A DNA stretch of 64,000 nucleotides from Actinomycetes bacterium (GTDB lineage Bacteria; Actinomycetota; Acidimicrobiia; Acidimicrobiales; JAJZXF01): contig JAJYWA010000002.1 of the NCBI GenBank assembly GCA_021791755.1, positions 4,007 to 68,006 on the forward strand, given 5' to 3'. The notes below the pieces were generated by a model. The model ran no database searches. It was not told where the DNA came from and was given only the letters and a program-made list of their open reading frames with translations. Position 1 is the first letter of the stretch. Each line of letters starts with the position of its first letter. Of the stretch, positions 9,781 to 16,269 are shown one piece after another. Position numbers and translations under genes: made by a program.

Positions 9781-9879
9781 TGGGGAGGAGGGGGACTTCG
9801 GACTAGCGGAGGGATAGAAGTGCAGGAACCGGGGCACGGTCTAGATCTCCTACCTTTGGCGCTGTAGGGTCACAGGTAC

Positions 9880-9950
9880 GCGGACGTAGCTCAATGGCAG
9901 AGCCCCAGCCTTCCAAGCTGGTTATGCGGGTTCGATCCCCGTCGTCCGCT
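9880..9950 (+). tRNA. tRNA-Gly (anticodon UCC); CCA is not encoded
   Basis: The 71-nt sequence GCGGACGTAGCTCAATGGCAGAGCCCCAGCCTTCCAAGCTGGTTATGCGGGTTCGATCCCCGTCGTCCGCT folds as a cloverleaf. The acceptor stem is GCGGACG/CGTCCGC, the D stem is GCTC/GAGC, and the anticodon stem is CCAGC/GCTGG with loop CTTCCAA. The T loop is TTCGATC. A TAGGGT -10-like hexamer sits at 9865-9870. Confidence 0.9.
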
Positions 9951-9968
9951 CTCGTGAAAACTCCCAAT

Positions 9969-10157
9969 TCACCAGTGGTATCGGTCCAGGATGCCGGTAA
10001 AGTCTGACAGCGAGCGACGCTGAGCTACCGCTACTCGTTGGCGCCGTGGACGTTCTATGACCACTACGGCTTCACGGCCCTCACGATGATGCTGTCGCTC
10101 GATGATGATGCTGTTGCCCGATGGAACGTTAGTTTCCAGCGCTTCTCGATCGGCCAT
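9969..10157 (-). CDS. Small hypothetical protein (62 aa), second gene of a translationally coupled pair
   Basis: The product is MADREALETNVPSGNSIIIERQHHREGREAVVVIERPRRQRVAVAQRRSLSDFTGILDRYHW. Its ATG overlaps the stop of the upstream small ORF in a TGATG junction. I recognised no family, and third-position GC looks lower than in neighbouring genes. Confidence 0.3.
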   Translation of the reverse strand: MADREALETNVPSGNSIIIERQHHREGREAVVVIERPRRQRVAVAQRRSLSDFTGILDRYHW

Positions 10158-10330
10158 CACAACTTGCCGTGATCATCGACAGCGCCAACCAGGTAGATCT
10201 CATGGAAGGAGCGCCGCGACTGCACGGCCGTCGCTCTCACGAGCCCTCCTCCCTCAATCATCTCGCGCATCTCCGCCAGTACGGCATCGAGGACGCTCAC
10301 GTCGATTACCGCCGGCCCGTCCTCGCGCTG
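10157..10330 (-). CDS. Small hypothetical protein (about 57 aa from a TTG start; start uncertain), first gene of the coupled pair
   Basis: My translation is (L)QREDGPAVIDVSVLDAVLAEMREMIEGGGLVRATAVQSRRSFHEIYLVGAVDDHGKL. It falls below the size cut-off of the ORF track. The frame is open from about 10410, and alternative starts exist at 10297 (GTG) and 10267 (ATG). Confidence 0.25.
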   Translation of the reverse strand, partial: QREDGPAVIDVSVLDAVLAEMREMIEGGGLVRATAVQSRRSFHEIYLVGAVDDHGKL

Positions 10331-10471
10331 CAACTCGACGTCACACCAGCCAGTCGTTCCAAGCGGGTTTCGCCGGCTGTGAGCGGGCGCGGCGGCCCAG
10401 GCGAACTCACGAGATCACGACGAGATCATCAAGGTCTCGGCCTACGAGAAAGCGACGAGAGCATACCAACC

Positions 10472-10924
10472 TCACCTGGTCGGCCGTTCGTACAACGGAA
10501 GGCCGACCCCCACGGCCGCGCTTGCTTGGCGAGCATCCCGGGTTAGGAGTGTGACGGCGTCGTCGCTGGCTTCAGCGAGGACTTGAGCCGCAGCCAGGTG
10601 AATTGCGTCAAGCGTGCGAACTTGCTCCTCCAAGACAAGCGACCTTGCCCGAGCAAGAGTGTCGCTTCTGACGGGCGCTACACCAATCGGGCCGTCGTCG
10701 CAGGTGTGATCAGCCCAGGCGTCAAGTCGTTCCGCAACTTCAGCTTCAGTGATCCGGCCGCCGCGCAAAGCACGCGCTAGCAGGCTAGCAAGCTCGACAT
10801 CGGCGAGCTCACAAACCACGACTGGATCGTGCCCGGTAAAAACAACCTCGGCGATCCACGCACCGTCGTCCTCGTCACCCAGGTACATGCTTCCAAGTGC
10901 ACTGGTGTCCAAAAAGACGATCAA
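10472..10924 (-). CDS. vapC: PIN-domain toxin (VapC family)
   Basis: 150 aa. It begins MIVFLDTSAL (first acidic PIN residue) and also carries ...DAIHLAAA... and ...LLTRD.... It overlaps the upstream antitoxin ORF by 4 bp. Confidence 0.8.
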   Translation of the reverse strand: MIVFLDTSALGSMYLGDEDDGAWIAEVVFTGHDPVVVCELADVELASLLARALRGGRITEAEVAERLDAWADHTCDDGPIGVAPVRSDTLARARSLVLEEQVRTLDAIHLAAAQVLAEASDDAVTLLTRDARQASAAVGVGLPLYERPTR

Positions 10925-11238
10925 CGCTCGTCACGATCGGTGCTCACAAGCTCGGCCGAGTACCCAGCTGGCGTCTCAACGGCAGTACTAAGCACGAGAC
11001 CCGGCCGGTGGCGACGTCCGGGCGGCACACCGCGCGTCGCGAGCCGGCCATCCACGATGGCTCCCGCCTTCCACATCTGACGATGCGATCCCGGCGCGGC
11101 GACGGCAACTTGCAGGAGCCGGTTCAGGTACGAGTTGACAGACTCATCCAAGCGTGCAGCCTGACCTTTCAGGGCATCGGCCAGCTCGTCGTCGATCCTC
11201 GCAACTATCTGCTTCACGACCACCATGCTAGCACTCAT
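10921..11238 (-). CDS. vapB: Ribbon-helix-helix (CopG/VapB-like) antitoxin with a C-terminal extension
   Basis: 105 aa. The segment IVARIDDELADALKGQAARLDESVNSYLNRLL is a typical RHH motif. It is translationally coupled to the PIN gene. Confidence 0.7.
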   Translation of the reverse strand: MSASMVVVKQIVARIDDELADALKGQAARLDESVNSYLNRLLQVAVAAPGSHRQMWKAGAIVDGRLATRGVPPGRRHRPGLVLSTAVETPAGYSAELVSTDRDER

Positions 11239-11532
11239 GTGAAGGTGCTAGCACTTCAAGCCGGTCCCCGAGGAACAAGAGCACAGCCGGCGGGAGCGAC
11301 CATGGGAACACGTCCCGGGGGGCCTTCGGGCACCAGAACCAAGACCGCTCCCACTCGGCTGTAACTTGTCAGGATAACGATCCAGCGCGCGTGATCTTTC
11401 GGTCTGCTCGGAACTTTTTTTCTGAGGTCCTCTCGTCCCGGTTCGGGCGCTCGCGAACATTCGGACCTCGAAGTGCTACGATCAGACTTGCAAGCGGTAT
11501 GGAGCCAAGTCGGGGTCGAAAGGGAAGGGGGC

Positions 11533-12702
11533 ATGGGCCTTAGAACTGGGGAGCTGATAAAGGGGCATGGCGAGGTTGATTTGGCGCGCGACCGCGAGCT
11601 TGTCGAGCGGTGCCAAGCTGGCGACTCCTCGGCTTTCGACGACCTCTACCTACGCTATTTCGACCGCCTGTACAGGTTTTGCCTCCGACGCGTGGGCGTG
11701 CCAGCCGAAGCAGAGGATATAGCGCAGGAAGCGTTCACCCGCGCGTGGCGCGCCCTTCCCAAGTTCACCGGTGATCGTCGTTTCTATCCGTGGCTGAGCG
11801 TCATAGCGTCCAATCTGTGCACCGACACCCTGCGGCGCAGATCCCGCAGCACACCGGTCGCAGAGATGGACGAGATGATGCCGGCGAGCGCAAACGCCGA
11901 CGGGTGCGAAGACGAGGTGATGCGGGCGGTCGATGCCGACCTGCTGTCCGAGGCATTCAGCCGGCTTTCCGAGCGGCATCGGCAGGTCCTTCAGATGCGG
12001 GAGGAGTCCGGATGGTCCTACCAGCGTATCGCCGAGCACGAAGGGGTGAGGGTGAGCGCGGTGGAGGCCGTGCTCTGGCGTGCACGACAGGCGCTAAAGC
12101 GGGAGCTCATATCCCTCGCGGGCGCCGAGGGAGGGCTGGTCGCTGTCGTCTTCAGCTGGGCAAGACTGGCACGCTCGCGGCTCTCTAGGCTTGCACGGCT
12201 TGCCCCGCAGTCGGTCAACGCCCTCCGGTTCGCTGGTGGCGGCATGCTGATGTCCAGCGTCGCAGCCCTCGTAGTGATAGCGACCATGTCGGTGAGCCCG
12301 CCTGCCTCTCCTTCCGCCCGGAGCAGCGCCCATCAACCCGTGCAGGTGCAGCGCTCCCCCTCGGCCGCGATACCGCAACAACAACGTCAACTCCTCCAGA
12401 TACCCCGCCGCCACGCGGTCTCGACATCCACAGCCGGCACGAGAGCCGCCCCGGTGGTGACCGCTGCAGCCCCAGCGGTTCGCCCGCTCCGAGCGCCTGC
12501 CGGAGGGGTTGCCTCGGTGGCCAGCACAGTTACCGGGGCGCTACCGGCCGTCACGAACCTTCTCGGTGGAGGGGTTCACAGCGCGGGGAGCACCGCGAAG
12601 AGCGCACTTGCCGGGGCGCTTCCGGCCGTCACGAACCTTCTCGGCGGAGGGGTTCACAGCGCGGAGAGCACCGCGAAGAGCGCACTTGCCGGGGCGCCAT
12701 AA
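11533..12702 (+). CDS. ECF-type sigma-70 factor fused to a transmembrane segment and a Pro/Ala-rich repetitive C-terminal extension
   Basis: Region 2 is DLYLRYFDRLYRFCLRRVGVPAEAEDIAQEAFTRAW. Region 4 is LSERHRQVLQMREESGWSYQRIAEHEGVRVSAVEAVLWRARQAL. A hydrophobic segment MLMSSVAALVVIATMSV follows, and then about 150 aa of low-complexity sequence. The ATG at 11533 follows a GGGAAGGGGG purine tract; the maximal ORF starts at 11473. Confidence 0.8.
   Translation: MGLRTGELIKGHGEVDLARDRELVERCQAGDSSAFDDLYLRYFDRLYRFCLRRVGVPAEAEDIAQEAFTRAWRALPKFTGDRRFYPWLSVIASNLCTDTLRRRSRSTPVAEMDEMMPASANADGCEDEVMRAVDADLLSEAFSRLSERHRQVLQMREESGWSYQRIAEHEGVRVSAVEAVLWRARQALKRELISLAGAEGGLVAVVFSWARLARSRLSRLARLAPQSVNALRFAGGGMLMSSVAALVVIATMSVSPPASPSARSSAHQPVQVQRSPSAAIPQQQRQLLQIPRRHAVSTSTAGTRAAPVVTAAAPAVRPLRAPAGGVASVASTVTGALPAVTNLLGGGVHSAGSTAKSALAGALPAVTNLLGGGVHSAESTAKSALAGAP
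12535..12690. repeat. 78-bp tandem duplication (26-aa unit GALPAVTNLLGGGVHSA.STAKSALA) at the 3' end of the sigma-factor ORF
   Basis: The two units span 12535-12612 and 12613-12690 and differ at only a few positions. Confidence 0.85.
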
Positions 12703-12825
12703 GCGCCGCTCACGGTCTGAGCTTTGCTCGTGCGGTCGGCGCTTCAGGGATGCGATCGTCACACAGCGCCCGCACCATGACCGTAGCGCGCGCAAGCTTT
12801 CTTGCGTCGGGCGGTTATTCCATAG

Positions 12826-13728
12826 GTGACCTTGATAAGCAAAACAGCTGGGCCTGCCGAGGCAGCGACCAATGGAGACAGCAGCGAAGCAATCATCTCG
12901 CTGCGCGGCGTGACAAAGTCCTTCGGCGCCCATACGGTGCTGTCAGACGTGACCTTCGATGTGCCCAAGGGTCGCATCACAGCCATCCTCGGTCCGTCCG
13001 GTACGGGTAAGTCCGTCCTTCTCAAGACGATCCTCGGCCTCCTCGAGCCAGAGGAGGGCGAGATCTGGGTCGACGGGGAGCAGATCGTCGGAATGAGGGA
13101 ACGGGACCTCTATAGAGTGCGGAGCAAGTTCGGAGTCTTGTTCCAGGATGGAGCCCTCTTTGGATCCATGAGCCTCTACGACAACATAGCCTTCCCGTTG
13201 CGAGAGCACACTCGGAAGCCCGAGCGCGAGATCCGCCAACGGGTCTTGATGAACGCGGAGCTGGTCGGGCTGCTTGACCACTTGAGCAAGCTCCCTGGTG
13301 AGGTCTCGGGTGGGATGAAGAAGCGCGCGGGCCTCGCCAGGGCAATGGTCATGGAGCCCGAGATCGTTCTCTTCGACGAGCCGGACTCCGGCTTGGACCC
13401 GGTCCGGGTCGCCTACCTCGACGACCTTGTCCTGACCGCCCAACGTGAGACGGGGGCGACGTTCTTCATCATCACCCACAACATCACGTCCACGATGCGT
13501 ACGGCCGACTATCTCGGCCTTCTATTTCGATCCCATCTGGTCATGTTCGCCCCAAAGGACGAGATGCGCCGTTGCGACGACCAGATCGTGAGGCAGTTCC
13601 TCGAAGGCCGATCCGAGGGGCCGATAGCAATGGACGAGATGGCAGATGCCGACCCGAGCATCATCGACTACGGCGAGGCGCCATCGATCGGCGAGGGCAA
13701 GGGCGAGCCGCACGGCGGGGACGGGTGA
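12826..13728 (+). CDS. ABC transporter ATP-binding protein, MlaF/Mkl (Mce-associated) type; no permease is adjacent
   Basis: Walker A is GPSGTGKS. The ABC signature is VSGGMKKRAGLARA. Walker B is IVLFDEPDSGLD. The C-terminal part reads IVRQFLEGRSEGPI. Confidence 0.85.
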   Translation: MTLISKTAGPAEAATNGDSSEAIISLRGVTKSFGAHTVLSDVTFDVPKGRITAILGPSGTGKSVLLKTILGLLEPEEGEIWVDGEQIVGMRERDLYRVRSKFGVLFQDGALFGSMSLYDNIAFPLREHTRKPEREIRQRVLMNAELVGLLDHLSKLPGEVSGGMKKRAGLARAMVMEPEIVLFDEPDSGLDPVRVAYLDDLVLTAQRETGATFFIITHNITSTMRTADYLGLLFRSHLVMFAPKDEMRRCDDQIVRQFLEGRSEGPIAMDEMADADPSIIDYGEAPSIGEGKGEPHGGDG

Positions 13729-14087
13729 GGGCGAGGGCGGGGCGCATGGCGGGGATGAGTGAGGACGAGGGCGCCATCTCTCTCATGTTTCATGAAGCTC
13801 CATATCCCCAGACAGATGCGCACGAGATAGGTAATTGGCCAGGAAGATGGCACACGACCAGCTAGGTTTTCAGCAAACCAGAAACCTCATGATCCCAGCA
13901 TCTCCACAAGGCAGTTCGGCTTTCCCCAGTACACGATGCCTGGTCAGGCGAAGCTTGACCAGGCGACGGATGCGAGGGTTGCCGGGGCAGTGCGAGAACG
14001 TGCCAGTTGACATCGGTACATCCGGCACGGAAAGCACGGAACTCAACAGAGCACCGTTGGTGCGATAACAGGGAAGGACATGAGGTC

Positions 14088-14570
14088 ATGAGCAACGCTG
14101 TAGCACTTGCAGGAAACGTGACGCGCGATCCGGAGATCCGGTACACACGTGAAGGCCAAGCGGCCGTAACCCTAGGCCTTGCAGTGAACCGTCGCTGGCG
14201 CGGCCACGAGAGCCAGGAGTGGGAAGAGTCGACATCGTTCTTCGACATCGTCTGCTGGCGCGACATGGCCGAGAACGCAATGTCGAGCCTCGCTCGCGGA
14301 AGCCGCATCATCGTGATCGGCCGACTTGAACAGAGATCCTGGGAGACAGAGGAGGGTGAGCGGCGCGTCAAGATCGAGGTCGTGGCGGAAGAGATAGGAC
14401 CAAGCCTCCGGTGGGCAACCGCCGACATCGTCAAGGCCCGAGCAAACGAGAGCCGCTCCCCGGGCGGCCTCGGCGCCCAAGACGTTCAGGGCGGCGGCGC
14501 CTTCGGAGACGACAATGTCGACCTCGACGGGACCACATCCGAGGCCGACAGCACGGAGCTGGTCGGATGA
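14088..14570 (+). CDS. ssb: Single-stranded DNA-binding protein paralogue lacking the canonical acidic C-terminal tip
   Basis: The OB fold reads ALAGNVTRDPEIRYTREGQAAVTLGLAVNRRW...TSFFDIVCWRDMAENA...GSRIIVIGRLEQRSWETEEGERRVKIEVVAEEIGPSLRWA. The protein ends ...SEADSTELVG rather than D-D-(D/E)-(I/P)-P-F. It is not in an rpsF-ssb-rpsR context. Confidence 0.85.
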   Translation: MSNAVALAGNVTRDPEIRYTREGQAAVTLGLAVNRRWRGHESQEWEESTSFFDIVCWRDMAENAMSSLARGSRIIVIGRLEQRSWETEEGERRVKIEVVAEEIGPSLRWATADIVKARANESRSPGGLGAQDVQGGGAFGDDNVDLDGTTSEADSTELVG

Positions 14571-14854
14571 ACCCTCAGGTCCGCGAAGAGATGCCGGTGG
14601 CTCCCCACGCCGAAGATGGACGTTCGACGGCTCCGCAAGCACTGAAGAACATTGGCCGGAGAATTGGGGGTCGCTTTCCTGCCAGCATCCAGTTGACGAA
14701 GCACGAAGCCTTTGCGGTGTGCCAAGCGATCGCCGATGCGGGCTGCTGGCTGAACCAGGTTGACATGGCTCGCGAAGCATCTCGCCTGGGCGGCGTCATC
14801 GACCTCATAGAGAGCCGGCTAGCAGGCGGGAGCAGGCCCTTCGAGGAGAACTAG
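14567..14854 (+). CDS. Hypothetical 95-aa protein translationally coupled to ssb
   Basis: Its start overlaps the ssb stop in an ATGA junction at 14567-14570. The product is MNPQVREEMPVAPHAEDGRSTAPQALKNIGRRIGGRFPASIQLTKHEAFAVCQAIADAGCWLNQVDMAREASRLGGVIDLIESRLAGGSRPFEEN. I recognised no family. Confidence 0.45.
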   Translation: MNPQVREEMPVAPHAEDGRSTAPQALKNIGRRIGGRFPASIQLTKHEAFAVCQAIADAGCWLNQVDMAREASRLGGVIDLIESRLAGGSRPFEEN

Positions 14855-15190
14855 AACCAGCACTCAGTGGCGCGTGCTGCCACCCAGCTCACAGGACACA
14901 CTGGGAGGCACTGCGCGCCGACGAAGCCCTCGGGGCCTCGTGTGCAGTTGGCTACCGACGCCGATCGACCTCATGGTCAACGGTCAATGCTCAGTGGTCA
15001 ACGGCCAAGGTTCCCTCGACCGATCCAGCCATCGAGCTCGCCTCGGGTCAACACCATCCCCGGCATTCAGCCCCTTGGAGACAGGTCGCGTCTTGTAAGA
15101 TCGGCTACTGCCACGACAACCGGTTGGAGCTGGCCTGCGGCGAAGCACCCTGAATCAACATTCTCGGCAATCTGTGGTGAGCTATGTGTC

Positions 15191-16240
15191 ATGAAACACA
15201 ACGCTTCTACGACCGCGTCACGCCCGCGTTCGGCGAAGGCAGGAAAAGGCAACCGGAGCACCCAACGCTTGTCATTCGCCCGTTGGGGCGGATCAGCGAT
15301 GTTGTTCATCATCGGCGCAGTTCACCTCAACCTCTACGCACGGGAACAGTACTCCGCGATACCAACGATCGGTGCATTGTTCATTGTTGATGTAGCGCTC
15401 GCGTGGTCCCTAGCGCTCGCCTTGGTGGTCTGGCCTGCGCGACCCGTGACGCTGCTGGGGTCCCTGTTCTCCATCGGAACGCTCTCAGCGTACATAGTGA
15501 GCCTTTACATGCCCTTGTTCGGTTTCGAAGAGCCAGGTATCTCGTACTCGGGGGGTGTCGCGATCGCCGCGGAGGTACTCGCGGCCATGGCCCTCGGCAC
15601 ACTGACATGGCAACACAGACGACTACCGCGATCTCACGACCGCGTTGGCGTTGCGCCCACACGAGGGCCGAACGCAGAGGAGATCGGCAACGAACGTAAG
15701 ACCGACATGACGCACACCTTCGCGATCACACGGTGGGCCGGGCGCAGCAAGGCAGCACGGCGCATCGCACGGTCGCTCCTGCGAGTGGACCGAGTCGCGA
15801 CTGCACTTGCGGTCTCCACGGGCTTGCTCCTAGCTGCCTGCTCGACCACGTCCTCTCCGACTCACGGTAGCGTTACGGTCATCCGGTCATCCAATACCAG
15901 CATCGGCACGGTCCTGAGCACGGGCACCGGCTACACCCTCTACGCGTTTACCCTCGACACACCCACCAAGAGCAACTGCCCGTCGGGAGCCTGCACAGCA
16001 ATCTGGCCGCCCCTGATCACCACAGGCCATCCAGATCTCGGTCCAGGCATACAGTCACGGCTCATGACAACGATCAGACGGGCCAATGGTACGCTGCAGC
16101 TTTCCTACGCTGGACATCCTCTTTACACCTTCACGGCAGACACTCACCCTGGCCAAGTGACGGGCGAGAACCTTCTACAGTTTGGCGGGCGATGGTACGC
16201 GGTAGCACCATCCGGCGCCCTAGTCACGAGCCACCGGTAA
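15191..16240 (+). CDS. Four-TM membrane segment continuous in frame with a lipoprotein-type domain (Yx(F/Y)xxD / Lipoprotein_15-like repeats); it may be two genes
   Basis: TM helices run from MLFIIGAVHLNLY... to ...AAEVLAAMALGTLTW. An internal ATG at 15707 opens MTHTFAITRWAGRSKAARRIARSLLRVDRVATALAVSTGLLLAAC, which is a signal peptide plus lipobox. After it come GYTLYAFTLDTPTKSNCPSGACTAIWPP and GHPLYTFTADTHPGQVTGE. No stop lies between the two parts. Confidence 0.6.
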   Translation: MKHNASTTASRPRSAKAGKGNRSTQRLSFARWGGSAMLFIIGAVHLNLYAREQYSAIPTIGALFIVDVALAWSLALALVVWPARPVTLLGSLFSIGTLSAYIVSLYMPLFGFEEPGISYSGGVAIAAEVLAAMALGTLTWQHRRLPRSHDRVGVAPTRGPNAEEIGNERKTDMTHTFAITRWAGRSKAARRIARSLLRVDRVATALAVSTGLLLAACSTTSSPTHGSVTVIRSSNTSIGTVLSTGTGYTLYAFTLDTPTKSNCPSGACTAIWPPLITTGHPDLGPGIQSRLMTTIRRANGTLQLSYAGHPLYTFTADTHPGQVTGENLLQFGGRWYAVAPSGALVTSHR

Positions 16241-16269
16241 GAACCCGAGCGCCTCGTCCCCCTGCCCCC

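Noticed and set aside
9951-11470. An integrated mobile element at tRNA-Gly
   Set aside because: I found no integrase, recombinase or excisionase ORF, and no direct repeat of the tRNA 3' end (tcgatccccgtcgtccgc) downstream. Only TA-type cargo is present, so I describe it as an islet rather than a mobile element.
14867-15190. A 108-codon upstream extension of the membrane/lipoprotein ORF
   Set aside because: It is a Pro/Arg/Ser-rich segment with no hydrophobic or conserved features. The ATG at 15191 immediately precedes the first transmembrane helices.
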